Shown here piece after piece: positions 38,392 through 53,314 of a stretch of 64,000 nucleotides of DNA; within the stretch, counting starts at the first letter, position 1, and each line of letters begins with the position of its first letter. The translations under genes were made by a program, and so were the position numbers. The notes below the pieces were generated by a model. That model was not told the origin of the DNA. It saw only the letters and a list, made by a program, of their open reading frames with translations, and searched no databases. The DNA comes from Eledone cirrhosa (Eukaryota), in contig OZ024741.1 of the NCBI GenBank assembly GCA_964016885.1, positions 102,672,001 through 102,736,000 on the forward strand, in the 5' to 3' direction.

Positions 38392-38747
38392 GGGGTCTAC
38401 CCTTCATGGTACGGTCCGTACGGTAGATAGAACTCAATGTAATACGATAGCGAGGTGTAATCCAGTGAAATCCATAGAAAGGTTTCATGTTCCGCCGAGT
38501 TAATCCTTTAGATACAGAGTATGATATTAGATATTAATTTAACAATGATCGTTTCGGATGGTTGAACATATTGACATATTGATGGATCTATAGCAGTTAT
38601 CAGACATATTGGATAGGTTCGATCAAACCACATCTTTGGAAACAAATCATTTGTTTCCGAAGAAGACGGTTTGATCATAAAACAATGATATGAATAGGTA
38701 AAATAACTTGACTTTGTTATTGTCTTCATTGTTAAATTAATATCTAA

Positions 38748-38783
<36 letters not shown>

Positions 38784-38933
38784 CACGGGTGTGTATGATT
38801 GTGTATAGAAGATTATATTAATAAGAGGAATTCCAACTTTGTCTGATTTACTCGTTTTATTTACAATCCTTTAAAATTTATAATGTTATTATAATGAAAT
38901 AGTATGATAGAATATTAAATGTTAAGTGTTAAT

Positions 38934-38972
38934 TGAACAAGTACTTTCATGCTTTCGCAATCTTCAGGTTCA
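38934..38972 (-). ncRNA. 39-nt minimal hammerhead
   Basis: TGAAC-CTGAAGA-TTGC GAAA GCAT-GAAA-GTAC-TT-GTTCA. Confidence 0.8.
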
Positions 38973-39578
38973 TAATGTGTGGTGACAGTCAAGTTTGCAA
39001 TTTTCAACTGTAATGAGATGGGTAAATTTTGTACCTTATATACAGTGAAAAGTGGCTCCAGAATGCTAAATCTTGCAAACTGTATTTCGACCAATCGTTG
39101 TGTAGTTTCACTGAATTACTAAAGCTGATTGGTTTAGGCGTCACGGTTGGTTGAGCATGTCTAACGACCACTAATTGATCCTATCCAAAGCATCAATTGT
39201 TTTGCTATTTTTAGAAATGATGAAAATAGCATTTTCTAGTAATCATCACCATCAACATCACTTTTTTATTATTATTATTATTATTGTTGTTGTTGTTGTT
39301 GTTAGTGGTCGTAGTCGGCATGGTCGTAGTCATAGTCATAGTCGAAGTAATACCCCTAAGCATTATTATTGTTCATTTAGCTTGGGTTTGAATTTATCAA
39401 TAAAATTCTTTTCTTTGATTTTTCTCTTGATTTCACTTGGGCTGTGTAATTTGTAGAATGGGAATATTATAAATATTCCCTGACCACATGTTGCTAGATG
39501 GTTACTTAGGGGTATCTGACGGACATTTGGGTCTCTGATTTGCTGACGGTGTACCCGTGCACGTTTCGATAGTGCATT

Positions 39579-40541
39579 TCAAGTTTGACCGACATATAGT
39601 TCTTCACAATTCGGGCATTTAATGCAGTAAATTAGATTTCTGCCTTTGCAGTTCATATTTGCATTTGGGAATATTTTTCCAGTTTTTGTTTTCATATATT
39701 GACCGGCGTGTATGGATTGACAAGTGCCGCATGGACTATCATTGCATTTAGATACAGTGAATGATTGGTCTTTGTTGTTAAGGTCAAATTTTGCTTTTGT
39801 TAGTAATTGCTTCAAATCTTTCGGCTGTCTTTTACTAAGAGTCAAAGATCGATCTGTGATTAAGCCTTTTAATTCATTACTTTGAACAATGATCGGTAGG
39901 TTTGCTTTGGCAGTGTTGAAGATATTCTGGTGACATGGGTTGTGTGTCATTATAAATGTTATGACCAGTTCTTGGTTTCTTCTTCCTTGGGTTGTCCTAA
40001 GTTGTTGTATAGGTATTTTTATAGCCCGCTGTATGCCATTTTCTATAAGTAGAGATGGGCATTTTTGTTTGAGCAAAAATTCTCTTAGTTCTGTTAGGCG
40101 TTTGTACCTGGTATTCGTATCTTCTACAATGGTACAAATTCTTCTGGCTAGGCAGTATGGGATGTTGCGTTTTGTATGAGGTGGATGGCACGACTTAAAA
40201 TTCAGATATTGATGGGTGTCTGTGTGTTTATAATATATATCCGTGGTAATCGTGGTGTCGTTTTTGATTATCATTATATCTAGGAATGGTAATTTGGTCC
40301 TACTCATCTCTTTTGTGAATTGGAGAGATGGGTGTAGGTTATTCAGGAGGATATTGAACTCATCCAGAGTATCTAGAGATTCTGTCCAGATGATGAAACA
40401 GTCGTCAAGGTATCTCTTCCAAGATTTTTCAATGTACTTTCTAAAGTCAGTACTATATTTTTCCTCTATTTCTTGGTAGAGTTGTTGTTCTAAGTATCCC
40501 ATTACAGAGTTCCCGTAAACGGGAGCAAACTTCGTTCCCAT
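39579..40541 (-). pseudogene. PLE RT and GIY-YIG segment (320 aa, premature stop)
   Basis: Motifs as above; stop after YVGQT. Confidence 0.88.
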
Positions 40542-40871
40542 CGCTGTGCCTCTAATTTGGATGTAATTCTTTCCATTGAAGAAGAAAGTGTTGTTTTCCA
40601 GAATAAGTTTAACTGCGTCTAATATATAAATGGCGCTGTGAATCTGATGGGAATCACTTCTCTATGTTTTTCCACCCAGTATTTAACCGCCTTTATTCCT
40701 AAATCATGTGTAATGTTGGTGTAAAGGCTTACCACATTAAAACTAAGTAGAAGTAAATTCGTTTCCGTGGTTTGGGGAAGATGGGACAGGAAGTCGATAT
40801 CATCCCGGATGAAACTGGGTATGTGAATACATAGTGATTTCAAAATAATGTCAACATATATATATATATAT

Positions 40872-42708
40872 AAGTAGAAGTTTTATGTAATTTGTTGGAA
40901 GTCCGACAAACATAAATGTTTATAACTGATTTAGAGCACTCAACAGTTTACCGGAGTAAATATTCAATGATATTAAATAAATGGAAACTGTATTTATAAA
41001 ACCATATTTATTTTATTATATATATTTTTAAGAGCAACCAAGACAACATTGGTACGCTTTCATCAGATAAAATACAAAGTTTATTTTATAAATAGAGACA
41101 TAACCATGAAAATCATACCTATCGGTTGGAAATTCACTGGATAGTGGAAATATATTAGGGTTTATTCAAACTTATGTGTGAATATGCAAATGAATATGTA
41201 AATAATTGAAAAACAACCGTTTATTTAAATGACACTGGAGAAAGAGAGAGAAAAGAGATAGAGAAAAAAAATATATATTACGAGAGAGATAGACAGAAGA
41301 AATTAACAAGAAGATGAAGAGATCTCATGTAATGTTAATATGGGGGAATATATTTTAAGTATATATCTACTAATGGTACGTGTATTTACGATTAATTAGT
41401 TTCTAAAATTCTTTTCTAATATAATATTTACTGTTATAAGTAGATAGAAAAATAAATGGATATATATAGAAAAATAAATATATATAAAAATATAAAAATA
41501 GTTAGAAAAATAGATGGAAAAATAGGTAGAAAAATAAATAGAAAAATAAATCAATAAATAGATAAATAAATAAATAGATGAATAAATAGATATATGGGTA
41601 TATCGTGTTATAGATAATTGTTTAAGTGAGTTATGAGGGATATTGGTTTATATTAAATGTAAGTAAATATTGAGTTAAATTAAATTAAATTAAATTAAGT
41701 TAACTGAGTTAAGAAGAATATTTATATTTATAATATGGGAAGATACGGATAAAACTCCAGTTTTGTTTATTTATTCGTTAGTATGAGACTATTTTGTCAA
41801 AATAAGTATAAATGTTAAAGATATAAATGTTGAAAGATATATTTAGCCTGAATTAGTTAGTGGTTATAAATCTAATATTAAAAAATTTTATTAAAAATAT
41901 TAAAAATTCGGAAAAATTCTTTTATAAATAATTTATAAGTGATAAGTAAATTTTTTTTAAAAATAAGTAATTTTTAAAAAATAAGTAGTTTTAAAAAATA
42001 TATGAAAAATTTAAGAAATAAAAAAATAAAGAATTAAAAAATATTAAAATTAAAATTAAAGATTAAAATTTAAAAATTAGGATCATATATGTATATATTT
42101 TAAGAAATTTTAAGAAGTGAAATTATAGCAAATATTATAGATATGATTTAGAGATAACAATATATTAAAACAGAGTGGAGGATGGACGAATTTATTTAAT
42201 TTCACTTCTTAAAATTTCTTAAAATATATACATATATGATCCTAATTTTTAAATTTTAATCTTTAATTTTAATTTTAATTTTAATTTTAATATTTTTTAA
42301 TTCTTTATTTTTTCATTTCTTAAATTTCTCATATATTTTTTAAAACTTCTTATTTTTTAAAAATTACTTTTTTTCTTTTTAAATTTACTTATAAATTATA
42401 AATTATTTTTAAAAAAATTTTCCCGAATTTTTAATATTTTTAATAAAATTTTTTAATATCTTTTATTAGATTTATAACCACTAACTAATTCAGGCTAAAT
42501 ATATCTTTGAACATTTATATCTTTAACATTTATTATCAAAACTGGAGATTTTCCGTATCTTCCCATTTTATAAATATAAATATTCTTATTAACTCAGTTA
42601 ACTTAATTTAATTTACTTTAATTTAACTCTATATTTACTTACATTAAATATAAACCAATATCCCTCATAACTCATTAAAACAATTATCTATAACACGATA
42701 TACCCATA
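40872..42708 (-). mobile_element. PLE 3' UTR/pLTR (same family as 170-1871) with foldback partial copy
   Basis: 40960-42175 is the inverse of 390-1870; 42184-42708 is a deleted plus-strand copy. Confidence 0.8.
41009..41074 (-). ncRNA. Hammerhead with GAAA->AAAA
   Basis: Perfect 8-bp stem I, CTGATGA, TATATA palindrome. Confidence 0.65.
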
Positions 42709-42977
42709 TAATAAATATTATTTACAAGGAATAGCGAGGGCCTATGCTTCCATTAATTTATTGTGATATTTCGCTCCTAATAACAGTCTTTCCTATTTCT
42801 GTTTGGTTGAGCACACTTCTCTGAGTGACTTTGGGCTGCCCTTTCTAGCAGGTCGTCCCTCAGAGGCCACTGGTTCACTCCTCTTAAACACGCTGTGACT
42901 TCTCTCTCCCACGTGTAGCTGGACAGTCACTTTTAAAATTCTCTTAGTGTTGTCTGAAATGTATACCCTTACACATG

Positions 42978-43032
42978 CTGATGAACCGAGGCAAACCCAT
43001 TTCTTTCAACAAATTACTGGTGAAACATATCT
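42978..43032 (+). ncRNA. Degenerate hammerhead core with 37-nt stem II domain
   Basis: CTGATGA-ACCG...TGGT-GAAA-CATATC-TT; stem I poorly paired. Confidence 0.45.
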
Positions 43033-43229
43033 TTGGATTAGTATCTTTGGATTTGTACGTGTGTTATATAGATATAGAGGTATTTATTTACGCTTTAATT
43101 TATATTTTTAATTATGGTGTCTATAGTCTGCCTTTCATAGGTTATAGATTCCATACACTGGTGTTTTTTTTCGCTGTTTTATTGATAGCGCACTGTATAT
43201 CTCTCTCTGGTGTGTTACCTTTTCAACAT

Positions 43230-45240
<2,011 letters not shown>

Positions 45241-45246
<6 letters not shown>

Positions 45247-45999
45247 CATTATCGGAGAAAGCTAATAGCGATACTCCGGCCAAATCCCAACTCACTCAAC
45301 AAACATTAGGAAATAAGTGAGTATATTCCTAATTAAACGTTCGGGGTGCTAACTAATTGTATTGTGTGGAAAATTGTCTGTATTATTTCATATGAGATAT
45401 ATCAAATATATCTCTTCCCAGACGGACGTCTTAATTCATTATAAGATTCCTATAAGTTGGGTGATATTATACCAATTTATGTAGAAGCTTGTATAAGATC
45501 AACAGATACTTATTCAAGTGGGCTCTTGTAATTCTTCAGTGGGTGCCAATAATATTAATATTGATAATAAAATCAACATCAATATTTAGCGATAATCACC
45601 ATCAGTGCTTGAGGTAGCTGCTAGGTTGCTAGCCCATCAGTTCTAAAGAAATTCTCATACTGTCTCAAAAAAAGAGGAAGGAAAAGGAGATTACCGCCAA
45701 AAAACAATACATGCGCAGGACAATGAATTCTAAAAGGAATTCAAGCCACGTGCTAGAACTCAATTGGAATTTGAAAAAATATCCATATGTGTACATCGTT
45801 TGATGACACACATTGATATTTTCTCGGGCAAAATAACAGAATGAGATACAAGAAACAATCAATATTCATATATAAAAATAAACAAAGAGAGTCAAACCTT
45901 ATATCGGGAAGTTCATATCCGTTGCACCAAGAGTAAATATATAAATACATTATCGGAGAAAGCTAATAGGGATACTCCGGCCAAATCCCAACTCACTCA
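45241..45999 (-). mobile_element. Terminally redundant 701-bp non-coding unit in (TA)n with degenerate hammerhead
   Basis: 58-bp direct repeat 45241-45298 / 45942-45999; minus-strand CCCA-CTGAAGA...CGTCCG-TC-TGGG at 45417-45543. Confidence 0.65.
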
Positions 46000-46011
46000 C
46001 TATATATATAT

Positions 46012-49000
46012 AGTGAGAACTAGTTCCTTATATTTAAAAAAATCATCGTTTTACGATCATTTCTAGGATGTATATATGTGTTGGTAAGTATATCATATAG
46101 ATCTATGTAAAAATATTACAAATTATCAGAGGAAATATACATTCCTTCACATATACATGCTGTTTTCAGAAATAATGAGATTTGTATATTGAAAAAAAAA
46201 CAACAAAGATTTACTATAAAAGGTCTGTTTGGGAACAGGTTTTGAATTGACCAATAGAAAAGTAGTTAGAGGTCAAGTTGATAGAATAGTAGTAGTAGAA
46301 ATTTAATTTAGGGGTAGAGGAGTGCAGACTTATGTTTTGAATGAAAAGAATACTTTGAATGAAAAGAATAATTTGGGGATGAAAAGAGGTCAAGCTAGTG
46401 AAGGGTTCACAAAAATTTGATGTTATTAAAGAATAATGTTAAAAACGAAGGAAAATAAAATTTTAGGGTAAGGGTATTAGTGAGAAATACCAATCTTATT
46501 TAAACCACAAGGAATCTAGATCTATAACAAGAAATTAAATTAATTGATAGGTATACTTATAGGGATAAATTTATATTAATTCATATGAATGTGATAAATA
46601 AGAATTAGATGTTATTAAATAGTGTTGTTAAAAACGAAAGAAAGTAAAATTTTGGGATAAGGGTAGTAGTGAGAAATACCAATCTTATATAAACTACAAG
46701 GAATCTAGATTCATAACAGGAAATTAAATTAATTTATAGGTATACTTTTAGGTATTAATTTTAGGAAAAGAGGGAAATAAAATTATGATGTTCTCTGTAG
46801 TAAAGTACTAATTATAGGTTAACTAAATTAAAAAAAATAATTATAATAATATGTAAAATATAAGTGTAAGGTTTATATTAATTAGGTTTAAAATATTTGA
46901 AGGTTCTTCTAATTTTATGATTGCAAGATATAATTAATTCCTGTCGCTTATTTAATAGGATATCCTTAGATTTCATGATTTCAAAACGTTCCTGGGAGCA
47001 TAACCTAAACTCATATCTGTTATTTTGATAAGGGGTGGCCCTTTTGAGCACACTCCAGGTCAGGTTGTAATCGATATTCTTCTTTCTATAATTATTAATT
47101 GTTTCAGCCAAGGATGTTGTATTAGCTAATGTGGCATTTTTAAAACTATGTTTGTGGGTATTAAATCTTACTTTAAATTGGTTAGACGTAGCTCCTATAT
47201 ATGAATAAGTGGAGTCTTTAGTGCTAATTTCATATTTATAGAATATGTTATTAATAAGACAATTTCCCTTTAATGGGCAATTTCTTTTGATTCTACAGTT
47301 ACAACCATTCGTGAATATTATATCAGGGGAGTTAGTCAAATTTGGTATGGAATTTACTCGACTTGTTATAGGTGAAGGAGATGGTGGTTTGTTGCGGTTT
47401 ATTTTAGTATTATGGTTGGTTTGATGTTTTGGTGGTATATTTGTGTTTTCTTTTACATTTATATGCGTTGTACGCAGTTATATTTTGTTGTATATTTTTG
47501 GTAGAAGAGTAGGAAAATTTGACAGTTGATCTATTTAAAATTTGATGGTATTTATGGTTTGACGGGAAGTTTTTCTCTAGGATAGTAAAAAAAGTTTATC
47601 AGGATCTTTACTAAGAGAGTTACTATTAGTGAGTTTATTATATATAGGTTTAGTTAGATTAACTGATTTAGGTGTTTTAGTCTGATTACTAGGAATTTTG
47701 TTAGTAATGTTGTTAACATATATTGGAGTATTAGGATGAATGGTTTTTTGAAAGTCATTATATTTTATGTGAGAAGAGGTAGAGAAATTAAGTTTTAGGT
47801 TGGTATTTGTGGGTGTAGTATGAGTGGTATTTAGGTGTGGGTTTTTCATTTGGTGTTTGTTGGTAATATTGGGTTGTATGTTTGAAGTATTATTGGTGCA
47901 AGGTATATAGACTAATTTGTTTTTGTGGCCACTTCTAGCTAAAGCTTCGTTACAAAAGGGTGCATTTTCATCGTTTACATTATGGTTAGATGAACGGTTA
48001 GATTCTGAGTGAGATATTATATGCTAGGTTTTTAAGGATAGATTTAGTGTGATTGGATTGTGAGTGTATGTAATGTAAGTTTTGGTTAGGTTTATGGTAA
48101 GGTTGGTAGATACCCGTAGGTAGGTCTATAGTTATATCTAGGAAATTGATTATTTTACTTGTGTTTTCAAATGTAATAGTCTTTGAGGAAAGTTCTAATA
48201 AGTTTTTTTATTTTTTTCAATTTCTGATAGGCTAAGATTAGTAGAGAGAAGAAGACAGTCATCACGATATAAACCACCTTTAAGGTGGGGGAAAAGATGA
48301 ATTAATGTTAAATAGAAGAAAGGCCCACATGATCGGTAATTTGGGCAGATTCACTAGAGCCCATAGTAATGTCGAAAAGATTACTATATGTATTTCTGGT
48401 CCAGTATTCCTTCTGAAATTCCAGTAGTATTTGTCTAGCGTGCGTGATAACATTAATGTCATTCATAGTTAAGTTTGATCTATTTTTGGCAAATATCTAG
48501 GCTTAGTTCAGGAGTATGGGTGATATAGAGGAATAATAAGCATCTATATCAAATTGTAGAAATGAAGCAGATGATTTATTTCTAATATTAGTAAACCAGT
48601 TAATTACTTGGGATGTGTTTTCCCAGAGTGGTAAATTAACGTGTTTTCTTAATTGTGGGATGATTCTATCTAAAAAATGTTTACTAATGATGCTAATGTG
48701 AGACTTGGAAGGGCATATAAGTCTAATAGAAGGATTAGAGTTAAAGTTAGATTTGTGATCTTTCAGGTTAAAGTGTGGTTTTTTCAGTGCCAAAGGTTCA
48801 GTTCTGTCTTCAATATTGAGTTTATTTACCATGTTGTATGTCTTGTTGTTGATATTGGTAAGAGCCGCATTATTTTTTTTTTTTATAATTTTTCCTGAGT
48901 TCTTTATAAATGAACTCATTGTAATTATCAATATCCATGTCGTATAGATTTCCAGTTTAGTCTGAGTGGACGTGGACTTTGCTACATGTCTTTAGATCCA

Positions 49001-49230
49001 ATAGGGATCCTTTTGAAAAATAGATTTATATTTCTTAAATCTGAGGTGTTTGATTAAGTTAAATAGGTCTCTCTCGAAGTTTTCAAGCAAGGAATTGTGT
49101 GGTGGGTTCTCATATGTGGTGAAATCATATAAATATTTCTTATCATGACGTTTTGTTTTTCTATCAAAGTGGTAGGCCCTCCATCTGACCCTTTTGATGA
49201 ATTGGTTGGCTTTTTGTATCATAAAAAGTA
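46012..49230 (-). mobile_element. Near full-length decayed Naiad-type Penelope-like element
   Basis: FIKRVRWRAYHF N-terminus, D(K)TGNLY, LKDHK.NF..RLICPSK, FLQFDIDAYY, GLYRDD, GIY-YIG; paralog of 20399-22045; many stops. Confidence 0.9.
46043..46178 (-). ncRNA. Degenerate long-stem-II hammerhead, homolog of 25662-25816
   Basis: TCATTATTT-CTGAAAA-~100 nt-GAAA-TGATCG-TA-AAACGATGA. Confidence 0.6.
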
Positions 49231-49231
49231 A

Positions 49232-49314
<83 letters not shown>

Positions 49315-49319
<5 letters not shown>

Positions 49320-49751
49320 AGCCACCGGAAATAACATCTGTGAAATAAACAACTCTATCTATCTGCTTAGCTAGCTACCTCACCGTGAAACAAACAAGCC
49401 TTAAGGTACCAAAATATAACGCCTACGCAGCGGCTAAACATCAAACGATTATTTTTGTATAAATAGAGTGGTTCCAAACACTTTCACCAGTCGACCTTTG
49501 GCAGAGTCAGCTCGCGTATCGATGTTCCTCTGCTCTGCCACACTTGTCACTCACACACTCCTTGTACCTCTGTATCGTTGCTTCATGTATGAAAATAAAT
49601 AGCTGACCGAAACTACATCTCTCGCCTTGCTCGTCCTTTCAACTTCTTCATTCGTCTGTTCATCCTTACCGTATGCGATAACAGTCCTTTTAAGGGCTAT
49701 TTTCAGATCCTATCAGAAGTAGTGACCAGACCGACTAACCACGGCGCTACA
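49315..49751 (+). mobile_element. Probable solo LTR
   Basis: TGTA...TACA termini, TATAAATA at ~49458, AATAAA at ~49594, inserted in TG/TA repeats. Confidence 0.55.
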
Positions 49752-50061
49752 TATATATATCGAGAAGGAGAAAGAGTGAAAATCACAGGGATAAAAGTTC
49801 GAGTAAAATGATTGCGCTCAAAACATTTCAACCTCAGCACAATCCCATCATCAGCAAGATAAGTCGAATCCTCTCATCACAGGTATAACCCATAAATGTA
49901 TTAGGAATAAAACTTCGGGTAAGTAAATCCGACTCGTCGTGTGAATGCAGAGGTACAGAATACATAGATAACAATGGACGAATAGCAATGGTGAAACAGT
50001 TAAAACATCCTATTCTTCTAAAACGTCTCTACAAGGATGAGTAGAAAAAATATAAAGGAGA

Positions 50062-50283
50062 AATAATGGTTTCTTATATAAGCACAAGGCCAGCAATTTG
50101 GGAGGAAGGGAAAGGCGATTAAATTGAACCTAGTGCGTGACTGGTACTTTATTTTATCGACCCCGTAAGGATGAAGGGCAAAGTTAACCTCGGCGGGATT
50201 TGAACTCAGATCACAAAGGGCCGTAACTCTATGCTGCAAAGCATGGCGTCCGACCCTCTACCGATACTGTCAATCCACCGCCC
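50062..50283 (-). mobile_element. Full-length SINE family A
   Basis: GGCGGTGGATTG head to tail; flanked by duplicated aggagaaataat-like sequence. Confidence 0.88.
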
Positions 50284-50960
50284 TTATAAGGGAGAAATAA
50301 TAGTGGTAACAATTTTGCTCAAACACGATTGTTAGTTTATAGTTGTGTCGTTAATTTATAATTTGTGCATTGACTTAAGGAATTAAGTATTACAAGTTAA
50401 TATCTCTCTCTTTTGTGTCATCAGAAACTTCCTAAAATATACAAAGTGGCAATGTAGGTATATGAATATATGTGTATGTAGTGGGTGTTCGTGTCCATGT
50501 GCCTGCGTTTATGTTCCGTAATTTAGTGGTTCGACAAAAAAATGGCCGAAGTCAAATGACTGAAACCAGTAATAGGATAAAAGATAGGATTTTTAGTATT
50601 GCATTGCCTTTCTAGGGTAGTCTGTTTGCTATATGGTGCGTTAGAGCTACTTATAATTATCAATAATCTGAAGTTTCATGGTCGTATGAAAAGTTTCGTT
50701 TTAATCTGTTTAATTTTTCTAATCCTGTTTCAAATCTATCATCTTCAATCCATCAACTTGTTTTAATTATGTCTTGTTTTTTTTCTGTATTTTTGTATAT
50801 ATATTGTTTTTAGTATTGGCTGAAAATTGAAATAACATTCAGCAAATCATGAGAGAAGCCAACTAATCTTCGCACGGCTTTCTCTCTTTCTGTCTCTCAC
50901 TCTCTTTCTTTCTCTTTCTCTCTCTCTGCTTCTCTCTCTCTCTATCTCTCTCTCTCTCTC

Positions 50961-50997
<37 letters not shown>

Positions 50998-51519
50998 GTT
51001 GTTATATCTCCCACTCATTCTATCTATATACCCTCTTTCCTTCCCATTCTCTATCTATTTCCCTCACACTCTCTGTCTGTTTCTTTCTATGTATCTTCCT
51101 CTCTCTCTCTCTCTGCATCCATGGAAACTTTAGAACGTTATTTTTCATGTCAGTGCAATAAATATAAATCTATTCATTTATCTTTTTATCTTATGTTGAT
51201 TAATTAATATATTTTCCAGTAATTAAATTTCGTTTGAATTTCATTATTTTATCGGTTGTTGTTAATATTAAGAAAATTATTTTGGAAATGGAATATAATT
51301 ATCAATTACATAATTATATCTTACAATTTACATATGTTTTTTAAAATTCTTTAACTCATTTATTGGTTTCAGTACATATGTTTCCAAATCTAGTACTTAT
51401 TTCTCCCTATCTTTCTATCGAAGCACCACATTACGGCACATTACACACGCACAACGTAAAGATAGACAAACACCCACACACATGCACGAGCGCATGCACT
51501 CATACATGCAAACATACAT

Positions 51520-51700
51520 ACGTACAACTGATCGCCACATATTTTCCGTCTACCAAATTTCCCCACCCCAGGGCATTGGGCGTCTCTTCCGAGGCTAAAG
51601 TTTAAGGAGAAATACTTGCTTAATGTGCCAAGCAATGGAACCGAACCCCGACACCATGTCGTTGCGAAGCGAACTCTTTAACCACACAGCGATGCCTGCC
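51520..51700 (-). mobile_element. SINE family B
   Basis: ggcaggcatcgctgtgtggttaaa..gggttcggttcc..ggtagacggaaa. Confidence 0.65.
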
Positions 51701-51986
51701 ATTGTTTTGATATCTTTTCCAGTAATTAAATTTTGTTTAGCTTCTATTTTATCGGTTGCTGATAATGATAAGAATATTTTGAAAATAATAGGATGTATTT
51801 ATCAGTTAGATAATTATATTTTACAATTTAAATATATACATCAACAAGTAATTTATAAATATGTTTTCAATGATATATTTCTGTTGAGGATAGATATTAT
51901 TCCTTTTTCAATAATCATAAATTATGTATGCATTATGCGCTGTTACCCAACGTCATCTCCAAGCTGTGCTAACCACAACTGTTTTG

Positions 51987-52054
<68 letters not shown>

Positions 52055-52070
52055 TATCTATCTATATCTA

Positions 52071-52138
<68 letters not shown>

Positions 52139-52281
52139 AGAGAATTAAAATACTAGAGTGTGTTGGAGTTAAACACCCTCTTCATATTATAGAAATGACA
52201 GTAAAGGTATAGCTCAATGTAATTAAACAGAGCCGAAGAATTAAGAAAATAAACCAAAGAAGCCTTCAATACATCAAAAGT

Positions 52282-52335
52282 CTTTATTAGCCAACAATGT
52301 TTCGTCCTATTAAGGACTCATCAGGGCAAGTAAAG
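52282..52335 (-). ncRNA. Type I hammerhead with canonical core
   Basis: GCC-CTGATGA-GTCCT TAAT AGGAC-GAAAC ATT GTT-GGC, distal CTTTA/TAAAG pairing. Confidence 0.85.
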
Positions 52336-52534
52336 CTATAAGAAGCACTATCGGCCAATACAAGCCAAAAACTCAGAAGAATATGGAGTATACATACATT
52401 AAATCATATGAAAATTATCAAGTAAAAATTGCTAAGGAAGTGAATAACATTTTGAACCATATTACAAATATAGTACAATGCAAAAACTAAAGCTAAACAC
52501 AAGTGGTGATATAAAGCGAGAATTACAGTACTAA

Positions 52535-52620
52535 ATATAATATAATATAATATAATATAATATAATATAATATAATATAATATAATATAATATAATATAA
52601 TATAATATAATATAATATAA
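52535..52620. repeat. (TATAA)n pentanucleotide microsatellite
   Basis: Direct reading. Confidence 0.97.
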
Positions 52621-52682
52621 TTGATAATGATAATAATAATAATATTAAAAGGCCCAATAAACATACATATATATATACATAT

Positions 52683-53314
52683 GATCTCGCTGAAAATATA
52701 CTTGTATTAATCTCCCGGGCCTAGCAATTAATTAGTTAATTCAATTAGACAATTCTATTGACTGGTTAATTGCTTAAGTTTATTTAAAAACAACCCGGTC
52801 GAGAGCTTATTTCAATTTGTGCAGATTTTTGCAATTTTTTGCAATTCCTTTACACATTTTGAATGCACCCGCCAAAAACCGGGGTTGCCTCGCTTGCAGG
52901 GTAACCACGTGGGTTAGTTACTTCATTGCTACTTCATTGGAACCCGGTAGGTGGTTGAGAACAGAAAACCTGTTGACGAAATGGCTACCTTGTTCGATCG
53001 TTATACCAAAAGCTTACAACGAAAGCAGACAGTATACTTGATTTAGAAGTCACAGAGACCTCCCATTGGATTTTACCATCACTTTCCGGGAAGGCCCAGG
53101 TAATTATTTGTTAACCTGCTTAGCTTGTTCGGTTTTTCGGCTACCGTGGCTGTTGACTTCACAACCACTGTTTTCATTTTGTCTGACCCTTATAACGCAT
53201 GTTGGTTGCTCTGGTTTCTTCTTAGTCCATTGAGCGCTTGCCGGTATATCTCGAAGATTGCGTTTCGTTTTGTTTTGACCACCGACGAAATACGATCTCG
53301 CTGAAAATATACTT
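52683..53314 (+). mobile_element. Terminally redundant 611-bp non-coding unit between TA tracts
   Basis: GATCTCGCTGAAAATATACTT at 52683 and 53294; 18-bp hairpin 52723-52774. Confidence 0.55.

Larger units (their letters stand above)
38800..40857 (-). mobile_element. 5'-truncated Neptune-type Penelope-like element
   Basis: GTAMGTKFAP, RYLDD, LPFLD, SCHP, C..C..C linker (KCNDSPCGTC), NLIYCIKC..YVGQT; hammerhead in the 3' region. Confidence 0.88.
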
